A stretch of 64,000 nucleotides of DNA from NCBI GenBank assembly GCA_965203355.1, contig OZ241889.1, forward strand, positions 1,312,001-1,376,000, in the 5' to 3' direction. This DNA is from Candidatus Latescibacterota bacterium (GTDB lineage: Bacteria > Latescibacterota > UBA2968 > UBA8231). Position numbers and translations under genes: made by a program. Shown here piece after piece: positions 1 to 7,678 of this stretch (position 1 is its first letter; every line of letters starts with the position of its first letter). Below the pieces are notes generated by a model. The model made no database searches. It was given only the letters and a program-made list of their open reading frames with translations, and was not told where the DNA came from.

Positions 1-1
1 T

Positions 2-664
2 GCCTGCTTCCAAGTTACCACGCGAGGGAGGGAATTTCTAAAGGGCACGGGCGACCTCAACGACAAGGAATTGAGGCTCCTGATTGCAGAGAATGAGGGA
101 CGGCCGGTGGTCGGAGACGATGTTGACGCATTGGGGACGGTTGATGAGGATAGCCCCTATGAGCAGATCGCGGTGCTTTATCAGGAGTTGTATGGCAGAC
201 TTGCCGAAGATCTGTTGGAAAGGGTGAAAAGGGTATCGCCCGCTAATTTTGAACGACTGGTAGTCAATTTGCTTGAGAAAATGGGCTATGGCCAAGGTCA
301 GGCCATTGGAGGTAGCGGCGATGGTGGCATAGACGGCATCATCAATCAGGATGCCTTGGGGCTTGAGAAGGTGTACATCCAAGCGAAACGCTGGCAAAAC
401 CAAGTCGGCACACCTGAAATCCGCACCTTTTCTGGCAGCCTTGAAGCAAAAGGGGCAAGTAAGGGCGTGTTTATCACGTCTTCGTCCTTCGGTCCAAATG
501 CGCGTGAAACGGCGCGTTATATCTCGGCGGGCAACAAGTTTATCCGGTTAATAGACGGCGAGGAACTTGCTCGTCTGATGATAGATCACGGCGTTGGTGT
601 GATCTCCGAAATCACATACGACGTGAAAAAACTGGACGAAAACTACTTTGCCGAAGATGTGTAG
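2..664 (+). CDS. mrr: Mrr-family (type IV) restriction endonuclease, 5'-truncated by window edge
   Basis: Frame is open from position 2 (…VTTRGREFL, typical end of the Mrr N-terminal winged helix). Catalytic motifs GDGGIDG, YIQAKRW and KGVFITSS are present. Confidence 0.9.
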   Translation, partial: ACFQVTTRGREFLKGTGDLNDKELRLLIAENEGRPVVGDDVDALGTVDEDSPYEQIAVLYQELYGRLAEDLLERVKRVSPANFERLVVNLLEKMGYGQGQAIGGSGDGGIDGIINQDALGLEKVYIQAKRWQNQVGTPEIRTFSGSLEAKGASKGVFITSSSFGPNARETARYISAGNKFIRLIDGEELARLMIDHGVGVISEITYDVKKLDENYFAEDV

Positions 665-715
665 CAGCATGTAGCTTGATCCACATAGTAGAGCTTCACA
701 GAAATTACAGCCTTC

Positions 716-1822
716 ATGCAGACCACCGCTAAGCTGATATGCGGCCCGGCCCAGTCCATGGCCGGGATCGCGGATGGGTCAATCGATTTGATCGTCACTT
801 CGCCGCCCTATCCAATGGTGGAAATGTGGGATGAGATTTTCGCGTTGCAAGACGAGCGCGTCGGGGAGCAACTGGCGGGTGGCAATGGGCGGGCTGCTTT
901 CGCGCTGATGCACGAATTGCTCGATGCGGTGTGGCGGGAGTGCGCGCGCGTCATGAAGCCGGGGGCTATTGCCTGCGTCAACATCGGCGACGCCACTCGC
1001 ACCTTGGATGGCGACTTCCAGCTCTACTCCAATCACGCCCGCATCCTCAGCCGTTTCCTCGACCAAGGTTTTGCCGCTTTGCCCGATATACTCTGGCGCA
1101 AACAGACCAACGCCCCCAACAAATTTATGGGCTCGGGAATGCTGCCCGTAGGGGCGTATGTGACCTATGAACACGAGTACGTCCTCGTGCTTAGAAAAGG
1201 ACGGCGGCGGACATTCTCAACGGCCGCAGAGAAAGCCAAGCGCCGCGAGAGTGCCTTCTTTTGGGAGGAGCGCAACGTCTGGTTTTCGGACGTGTGGCTC
1301 GATGTAAAGGGGACTTCGCAAGGGCTGGTTGATGCGCCGACCCGCGAACGCAGCGCGGCCTTTCCATTTGAGTTGGCCTACCGGCTCGTCTGCATGTTTT
1401 CTGTCAAAGAAGATGTGGTGCTCGATCCGTTTGCCGGGACTGGAACGACGCTGGCGGCTGCCTTAACAGCGGGAAGAAACTCGGTCGGCGTGGAAATCGA
1501 CGAGACGTTGGTGCCGGTTGTGCAAAATCTGCTGCGCTCCGCACGGCCTGCGGCCAATGAGTACAACCGCGACCGATTAGCTCGACACGCGGAGTGGGCT
1601 GCTACGCGCACGGCGGATCGCGGCCCATTGAAATACGCGAACCGCCACTACGGATTTCCAGTAATGACGGCTCAGGAACAGGACTTGTTGTTAAACGAAG
1701 TTACGGAAATTGCCGGCGATGCTGACGGCACGACGCTGGTGGCCCGCTACAGCGAGGAAGCGAAAGCGCACCCGCGCAAAAGCAAAACCGCTGCGCAGAC
1801 GCTGCTGCCGCTAGGCTGTTAG
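716..1822 (+). CDS. Beta-class amino DNA methyltransferase (probably N4-cytosine)
   Basis: Catalytic TSPPY precedes the SAM-binding DPFAGTGTT. Confidence 0.88.
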   Translation: MQTTAKLICGPAQSMAGIADGSIDLIVTSPPYPMVEMWDEIFALQDERVGEQLAGGNGRAAFALMHELLDAVWRECARVMKPGAIACVNIGDATRTLDGDFQLYSNHARILSRFLDQGFAALPDILWRKQTNAPNKFMGSGMLPVGAYVTYEHEYVLVLRKGRRRTFSTAAEKAKRRESAFFWEERNVWFSDVWLDVKGTSQGLVDAPTRERSAAFPFELAYRLVCMFSVKEDVVLDPFAGTGTTLAAALTAGRNSVGVEIDETLVPVVQNLLRSARPAANEYNRDRLARHAEWAATRTADRGPLKYANRHYGFPVMTAQEQDLLLNEVTEIAGDADGTTLVARYSEEAKAHPRKSKTAAQTLLPLGC

Positions 1823-2139
1823 TCGGCGTTGCGATCTTCCGCGTGCAACGTGCTCTGAAGTGCTTCATAGGCCGCCTCGCAATCGGCGAGCGCAGCACTT
1901 TGTTCCTTGATCTGTTGGTTCAGCGATTGTACTTGATCATCGATCACGGGGTCGTCGCCGGCTTCGAGAAGTTGGTGGACCCGTGCTCCCAGATCCGCTT
2001 GGGTGCGGTGGAGCTGGTTTTTGGCAGCGGCGATATCGAGCCGGGCACGCGCTAGACGGGTCAGATCGCCGGCTTTGTCAGCGGCGGCGGCCGCGCCTTC
2101 TTGCAGCCCTTTGACGAGATTGTTCCACAAGTTGTCCAC
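1819..2139 (-). CDS. Small coiled-coil hypothetical protein
   Basis: 106-aa helical, amphipathic ORF. GTG start preceded by GAGG. Co-directional with the BMC gene. Confidence 0.7.
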   Translation of the reverse strand: MDNLWNNLVKGLQEGAAAAADKAGDLTRLARARLDIAAAKNQLHRTQADLGARVHQLLEAGDDPVIDDQVQSLNQQIKEQSAALADCEAAYEALQSTLHAEDRNAD

Positions 2140-2155
2140 TGAGACCTCGTATGGT

Positions 2156-2593
2156 TTAAGTGTGTGGTGCCGAGGCGCGGCGCAGCTCGCCGAGGAGCGT
2201 TTCTTTGTTGGCCCGCGAAACTTGGCGGCCCTTGATCTGAGCGTTGGGTAGCTGGCGCACGAGTTGGCGCAGGCGGGCGACTGGCAAGCCCTTTAGCTCG
2301 TCGGGAGGTGGCTGCGCTGCTTGGGGTTGGTGCAGGAGCAGGTTTTCTATGTCGAGATGAGGGGCGGGAATGACGCGATGGCTAATCACTTGGCTGACCT
2401 TGAGCGCGGCTTCGACACCGGCTTGTACCGCCACTTGGACGGCGGCAACCTCACCGCTAAAGTGCGTTGAAACTAGCCCGCCGCCGATGGACTTGATGCC
2501 GAGGAGCTCGACCGGAGCGGATTTTACGGCTGCGTCGGCTGCTTGGATGACGCCGACGAGACCGCGGGTCTCAATCAGCCCTATGGCAGCCAT
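2156..2593 (-). CDS. Bacterial microcompartment shell protein (BMC-H) with C-terminal extension
   Basis: AIGLIETRGLVG..AADAAVKSA…GEVAAVQVAV…VIPAPH is the BMC domain signature. About 55-aa extra C-terminal tail. Confidence 0.9.
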   Translation of the reverse strand: MAAIGLIETRGLVGVIQAADAAVKSAPVELLGIKSIGGGLVSTHFSGEVAAVQVAVQAGVEAALKVSQVISHRVIPAPHLDIENLLLHQPQAAQPPPDELKGLPVARLRQLVRQLPNAQIKGRQVSRANKETLLGELRRASAPHT

Positions 2594-2611
2594 TGGATGC
2601 GCTTGGCTCGG

Positions 2612-2839
2612 TCAACGAGTGTCGTCGAGGGTGTGGGGGACGAGTGCTAAAAAGCGGGCGCGCTTGATGGCGCGAACGACGTGCGCCTGCTGCTTGCGCG
2701 TGGCACCGGTGCGCCGAGCCGATTCGATCTTGCCAGTCGGCGTGATAAACTTGACTAAGACATCGAGGCGCTTGTAGTCGATGTCTTCGGGCTTGAGCTT
2801 GGCGACGGCCTCTCGGCGTGTGCTGCGAAACTTGGCGAT
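2612..2839 (-). CDS. rpsR: 30S ribosomal protein S18 (no Zn-ribbon Cys), probable ATC start; absent from ORF track
   Basis: Hand translation gives (I/M)AKFRSTRREAVAKLKPEDIDYKRLDVLVKFITPTGKIESARRTGATRKQQAHVVRAIKRARFLALVPHTLDDTR*. IDYK, GKI..RRTG and AIKRARFLAL are S18 motifs. AAGGAG lies 7 nt before ATC. Confidence 0.92.
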   Translation of the reverse strand: MAKFRSTRREAVAKLKPEDIDYKRLDVLVKFITPTGKIESARRTGATRKQQAHVVRAIKRARFLALVPHTLDDTR

Positions 2840-2885
2840 GACGACGCTCCTTTTTAAGGCACCCGCCCGAGCGGGCGCAGAAATT

Positions 2886-2947
2886 AAAAGAACAAAAAGT
2901 ACAGGAGGGGCCGGGTAATGTCAACATATTGCCCCGGCCCCTCCTGT
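2886..2947 (-). terminator. Rho-independent terminator after the oxidoreductase gene
   Basis: ACAGGAGGGGCCGGG…CCCGGCCCCTCCTGT stem followed by ACTTTTTGTTCTTTT. Confidence 0.75.
2896..2924 (-). promoter_or_regulatory. Putative sigma-70 promoter for rpsR
   Basis: TTGACA (2924-2919), 17-nt spacer, TACTTT (2901-2896). Confidence 0.6.
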
Positions 2948-2948
2948 G

Positions 2949-4115
2949 TTAGCGCGGGTTCATTTCGTCGTGGAGCTGGCGCATGATTTGATGGTGCCCC
3001 ATGCCTTCGTCCGAGAGCTTCTTGTATTTGGCCTCGTCAATGCCGTCGCGCTTGAGAAAGCCGCGAATGTCGTAGCGGCCCCCGATTTCCACGGGTAGGT
3101 GGCCTTCCTCGACCATGAGTTGAAGGGGATAGCCTTTTTCTTGTAACGGCAGGTGGATCACGCGGTTGCGACGCGCCGATTCGTAGAGGGCCATCATAAT
3201 TTCCACGGTGTCGCGGGCCGTGGTGCCGGCGTTGCGGTGTTCGGCCTTGCGGCCTTCGAGACAGGCGATGAGTTCGCGGACTTGGGCTGCGTTGGTGTTG
3301 CCGCCAATGGCTTTGGTGCCTTCGGTGAGCGCGAGATCAACTTCACGCCAGCCGCCCGAGGAGGCGTTCATAAGCTGGAGTCGGGTCTCGCTCACGGACA
3401 GGAGCCCTTCGCTACCGCGGATTTCAAAGCAGCCGGCACCAGCGCCCTCACGCATGAGGTCGGACTGAATGAAGAGTTGGAGATTGCCAGCGAAGTGGAC
3501 CAAGCCCATGCAGGCGTCTTCGATCATGGTGTCGCGCTCGTAGCGGTCGGTGCGGCGCTCGACTGCGCCCATGACCCATTGGGCGCGAGGATCGCCGAGC
3601 ACGAAGCGCGAGCCGTCAATGGAATGCGTACCCCAGTTAGTCAGCCCGTCGGCTACCTTGTTGGTGACAAAGATCGGCTCGCCAATCGCGCCCTCTTCGA
3701 CTAGTGCCTTGGCCTTTTCCCAGCCCGGGGTGAAGCGGCGCTGATGGCTGATGACCAGTTGGGTGCCGTGCGCCTCGCAGGCATTGACCATGGAGTCGGC
3801 CGCGGCCATGCCGATGGCCATGGGTTTTTCGCAGATGACGGCGCGGGCACCGCCAGCGGCGGCGGCAATGGTGGGTGCCGGATGCAAAAGGTGCCAAGTG
3901 CAGACGCTGACGATGTCGGGCCGGGCCTTTTCCATCATCTCTTCGACTGTGGCAAATTCCTGTGGGATGCCGTAGGCATCCACGTAGGTTTTGCGGGCCA
4001 TGGGGATCGGATCGGCCACGGCGACGACCTCGACCTCGTCCACGAGATTGTAGCCTTCCATATGGGCATTGCCGATGGATCCACAGCCGACGATGGCCGC
4101 AGTATAGCGTTTCAT
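2949..4115 (-). CDS. Gfo/Idh/MocA family oxidoreductase
   Basis: IVGCGSIG Rossmann motif, CEKPMA and HQRRF. Start moved to MKRYTAA, which follows AAGGAGG. Confidence 0.9.
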   Translation of the reverse strand: MKRYTAAIVGCGSIGNAHMEGYNLVDEVEVVAVADPIPMARKTYVDAYGIPQEFATVEEMMEKARPDIVSVCTWHLLHPAPTIAAAAGGARAVICEKPMAIGMAAADSMVNACEAHGTQLVISHQRRFTPGWEKAKALVEEGAIGEPIFVTNKVADGLTNWGTHSIDGSRFVLGDPRAQWVMGAVERRTDRYERDTMIEDACMGLVHFAGNLQLFIQSDLMREGAGAGCFEIRGSEGLLSVSETRLQLMNASSGGWREVDLALTEGTKAIGGNTNAAQVRELIACLEGRKAEHRNAGTTARDTVEIMMALYESARRNRVIHLPLQEKGYPLQLMVEEGHLPVEIGGRYDIRGFLKRDGIDEAKYKKLSDEGMGHHQIMRQLHDEMNPR

Positions 4116-4247
4116 AGCGGATACCTCCTTGGCGAAAACGCGATAGCGGGTGTACTGTTGAGACATAATAAAGAATAGGCATTAGGTTATCTTCAAGTCC
4201 ACAGGCCGTACCAACCGAGCCTGTAGGCTGGGAAGCGACCACTAATT

Positions 4248-4670
4248 ATGGAAACCTTGTACGTTTCGCCTACTCTTTCCATCCCGCTTTCCGAACTGCG
4301 CTTCAAGTTTCGCCGTAGTTCGGGGCCAGGGGGACAAAACGTCAACAAGCTCAATACCTCGGTTGAGCTACAGTTTGACTTTGTCCACAGTGCGGTGCTC
4401 AGCACCGAGCAGTGCCAGCGGATTGCCGAGAAACTCGCCACGCGGCTGAATAGCACGGGTGTGCTGTCGGTCCAGTCGGAGCGATTTCGCACACAGGGAC
4501 GCAATCGCGCCGACTGCCTAGACAAGCTGGCCACTCTGCTCGCCGAGGTGCTCAAAACACAGCCCAAACGCAAAAAAACCAAGCCCAGCCGCGCCGCCCA
4601 AGCGCGTCGCCTCGACAGCAAGCGGCGTCATTCCGCCAAAAAAAAGAACCGCCAAACGCTTTTGGATTGA
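4248..4670 (+). CDS. arfB: Alternative ribosome rescue factor / peptidyl-tRNA hydrolase ArfB
   Basis: RSSGPGGQNVNK (GGQ motif) and basic C-terminal tail. Confidence 0.93.
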   Translation: METLYVSPTLSIPLSELRFKFRRSSGPGGQNVNKLNTSVELQFDFVHSAVLSTEQCQRIAEKLATRLNSTGVLSVQSERFRTQGRNRADCLDKLATLLAEVLKTQPKRKKTKPSRAAQARRLDSKRRHSAKKKNRQTLLD

Positions 4671-4785
4671 ACGTTTGTCCCTATTGGTGCGTCAAAAGTA
4701 AAGATAGCATTTGCGCGTGTTCACGTAGTGTTTTAAACTTTAACGTGAACGTAAAATTTTTCTCTGAAATGTTGTGAGGACTAAA

Positions 4786-5631
4786 ATGAAAGCACAAAAC
4801 AGAGATACAATGTACTCGGCGACCGATCTCTACTGGCGCGACATAAAAGACGCCGAGCCGCTCAGCCGCGAGGAGGAAACGGCTTTCTTCAAGCGCGCCA
4901 AAGCAGGGGACGAAGAGGCGCGGCAGGCACTGGTGCGGGCCAATTTGCGCTTCGTGGTTCGCGTCGCCCGCGAGTACCACGATTGCGGTCTTTCGCTGAT
5001 TGAACTCATTTCCGAGGGCAACCTCGGGCTGCTCGAAGCGGTCCAACGCTTCGACGAGACGCGCGGTTTTAAGTTCATCACCTATGCGGTGTGGTGGATT
5101 CGCCAAGCCATTCTCCGCGCCCTAGCCGAACACGGCAAAATCGCGCGCCCGCCGCTGAGCCGGGTCAGCGACCGGCAGAAGGTCGAAAAGGAAGCCGATG
5201 TTCTCGCCCAACAGCTAGGACGCGCCCCGACTGTTGAGGAAATTTCCGCTTCGGTCGATTTTTCGGCGGAGCGCATTCGCAACGCCTTTGAGATAGGGCA
5301 ACCGGATCTGCCCTTGGATGCCCCGGCCTTTGCCGACAGCGAGGTGACGTTTGCGCAGATCTTTGTCTCGGCCGAGCCTAGCTCGCACGACCGCTTCGTC
5401 GAGGGCGAAATGCGCACGGCGGTGACCGATTGTCTGAAGGTACTCGACGCCCGCGAATCCCACATTGTCCGCGCTTATTTTGGCCTCGACGATAGCACAC
5501 CCAAGACCTTGGAGGAAATCGGCGAGTCCATGGGCGTCACTCGGGAGCGCGTGCGGCAGTTGCGGAACAGGGCGTTGGAAAAGATGAAAAACGAGTGCGG
5601 CGGGCAGTTGGTCGAGTTTTCGAACAACTGA
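4786..5631 (+). CDS. Sigma-70 family factor, RpoD/RpoS-like, lacking region 1.1
   Basis: ANLRFVV, EGNLGL, RGFKFITYAVWWIRQ and TLEEIG..MGVTRERVRQ. Confidence 0.92.
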   Translation: MKAQNRDTMYSATDLYWRDIKDAEPLSREEETAFFKRAKAGDEEARQALVRANLRFVVRVAREYHDCGLSLIELISEGNLGLLEAVQRFDETRGFKFITYAVWWIRQAILRALAEHGKIARPPLSRVSDRQKVEKEADVLAQQLGRAPTVEEISASVDFSAERIRNAFEIGQPDLPLDAPAFADSEVTFAQIFVSAEPSSHDRFVEGEMRTAVTDCLKVLDARESHIVRAYFGLDDSTPKTLEEIGESMGVTRERVRQLRNRALEKMKNECGGQLVEFSNN

Positions 5632-5708
5632 GCGAAGATCGGACGACTGGCCCATTGCTGTGGGCTGTGCTGCGTCCTATAATTGAATGGCTTTAATGAA
5701 AGGATGCG

Positions 5709-5993
5709 ATGGCCCCGCTCCGGCAGAAATTATTGGTGCTCTACGCCCATTCTCCCGATTTACACAGCCAAACTGTGGCTTGGTCGCTGTACGACGGCAC
5801 GGGCGAGGACCGACCGAGCAGCGGCGATAGCGAGAAACCGCCCTATCCTTCGGTAGTGGCGGCCATGCGAGACGGGTGGCGGGTGGTGCAGTTTCCCCAA
5901 CAGTATCCGGCCTATCCGGGCATGGAATACAACACGTCCTATCTGAAATACGAGTACATCCTCGAAAAGATGGAGGCAGTCGATGCTCGATAA
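5709..5993 (+). CDS. Small hypothetical protein coupled to the dioxygenase gene
   Basis: 94-aa ORF with AAGGA RBS. Overlaps the start of the next gene. Confidence 0.7.
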   Translation: MAPLRQKLLVLYAHSPDLHSQTVAWSLYDGTGEDRPSSGDSEKPPYPSVVAAMRDGWRVVQFPQQYPAYPGMEYNTSYLKYEYILEKMEAVDAR

Positions 5994-6795
5994 GCAATAT
6001 CTCTTGAATACCAAGCAAATGGCGCAGTTTGTCGCCGACGGTTTTTTGCGCTTTGACGAGTTGGTGCCCGACGCGATCAATCGCGCCGCGTGCGCGGAGA
6101 TGGAAACCGGAATTCCTCGAGGCCGCGCGGGTGCGCCGCTCGCTGAACTGTGGACCGATGCGGCGGTCGGTCAAGTGGTGCGTTTGCCTCAGGTTCAGGG
6201 GATCATTCACAGTTTAGTCGGCCCCGAACCTCTCTACGATCACCACGCCGTACATACGGTTGATGCCCACCACGAGCACGGGCAGATCTGGCACGCTGAT
6301 GCGATTATCGACACCCGACTGCATTTTGACATCCAGCTCTTTTATTTTGCTCACGACACGCCGCGCGAGATGGGTGGCACCATGTTCCTACCCGGCAGTC
6401 ACTACCGCCGCATCAGCGAGTCGGACATCGCCCGCTATCAAAACTTCCTCGGGCAGATGCCCATGGTCTGCAAGGCTGGTACCGTGGCCGTGGCTCACCA
6501 TGGCATCTGGCACTGCGCCCAGCCCAACCTAACTGGCCGCAAGCGCTACATGTTTAAGCTGCGGCTCAATCCCACGGTGCGGCAGAAAAAGCTGTGGAAC
6601 ACCGACGATATTGACGATGCCGAGATCCCCGCGCTACTCAATGCCAACCATCGCTGGTACGGCAACGAGGTGCGCTTAGAGGTGGTCAACCGCATCAAGC
6701 TGTGGCGCTTTTTGACCGGCGACGAGAATTACGACGTGTCCTACTGGCTGTCGCGGCTGGAGAACGCACCCGAAAATGAGTTGCGGGCCGCGTGA
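5983..6795 (+). CDS. Phytanoyl-CoA dioxygenase (PhyH)-family Fe(II)/2OG oxygenase
   Basis: WHAD (HxD), GGT.FLPGSH and a distal WH. Confidence 0.85.
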   Translation: MLDKQYLLNTKQMAQFVADGFLRFDELVPDAINRAACAEMETGIPRGRAGAPLAELWTDAAVGQVVRLPQVQGIIHSLVGPEPLYDHHAVHTVDAHHEHGQIWHADAIIDTRLHFDIQLFYFAHDTPREMGGTMFLPGSHYRRISESDIARYQNFLGQMPMVCKAGTVAVAHHGIWHCAQPNLTGRKRYMFKLRLNPTVRQKKLWNTDDIDDAEIPALLNANHRWYGNEVRLEVVNRIKLWRFLTGDENYDVSYWLSRLENAPENELRAA

Positions 6796-6819
6796 ATTGA
6801 ACGCGCCCCATACAAAAGC

Positions 6820-6852
6820 AAAAGCCGACCCAATAGCTGGGTCGGCTTTTTT
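6820..6852. terminator. Bidirectional intrinsic terminator
   Basis: AAAAGCCGACCCA-atagc-TGGGTCGGCTTTTTT between convergent genes. Confidence 0.85.
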
Positions 6853-6885
6853 GTGTCGCCTGTATCGGCCTAGCACTGCCGTGGC

Positions 6886-7644
6886 CTATTGTCCTAAAAG
6901 GCAAGAGCAATCCAGCGGATCTGGACTCGTGAAAACCGAGCGTGCCAATTGGTCTAAGACCGCTACATCGGTGTGCTGACGCTCGCCGCGACCGTCGGAG
7001 AGCAAGATCGATCCGTGGCGCTGCCAATTAGTCCAAGGGTTGGTAAAGCGCGGCTCGGTGTCGCCGGCGTCCGGGTAGAACGCCCATTGGGTCACTAACC
7101 GCGATTCTCGATCGATCCAGACTGCGTATTTGTTCTGCGGGGTGACACCGACATCTTGGAACGTGAGTTCCAGTGCTTCGGCTGGCCGGCCGTCCTTGGT
7201 GGCTTCTAGGCCCCGATAGTGCAGGGTGACGCCGGTGTCCTTGAGCTTGTAGGGCATGACCAGCCAGTACGAGTCGTTGATCCAAGCGCGATAGCCGTGG
7301 TCGAGTTTGGCCGCGAGCGTGTCGGGATTGCTGATTTCCTCTCCAGCGACAAAGGCGCGGCCCTCTTTGCTGTGGATGTTCATCAGCACCGTCAGGTCGC
7401 CTTGCTCAAAGCGAATGTCCCCCGTCCACTTGTCCCACACGTGTAAGCGGGACCCAAAAAAGCGCCAAGTGATGTAGCGCACGGCGTCCCAGTTGGCGCG
7501 ACCGCCCATCGCGGCCATGACTTCGTCGGCTAGGGCAATGGCCTTGGGGTCGGAGTCGGCGGCGTTGAAGCCGGGGGCTGCGGGATTATCAGCGGCGTGG
7601 GCTAAGCCGATGCAGCAGCAGAATCCTAGGAGGAAGCGCAACAT
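6886..7644 (-). CDS. Secreted hypothetical protein
   Basis: N-terminal signal peptide (…GLAHA). 252 aa with typical codon usage. Confidence 0.75.
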   Translation of the reverse strand: MLRFLLGFCCCIGLAHAADNPAAPGFNAADSDPKAIALADEVMAAMGGRANWDAVRYITWRFFGSRLHVWDKWTGDIRFEQGDLTVLMNIHSKEGRAFVAGEEISNPDTLAAKLDHGYRAWINDSYWLVMPYKLKDTGVTLHYRGLEATKDGRPAEALELTFQDVGVTPQNKYAVWIDRESRLVTQWAFYPDAGDTEPRFTNPWTNWQRHGSILLSDGRGERQHTDVAVLDQLARSVFTSPDPLDCSCLLGQ

Positions 7645-7678
7645 GGGAATCCTTGCGGTTGTGGGTGGCTGGAGTTTC

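Noticed and set aside
2571-2927. 118-aa minus-strand ORF
   Set aside because: It is an off-frame shadow of the real rpsR frame.
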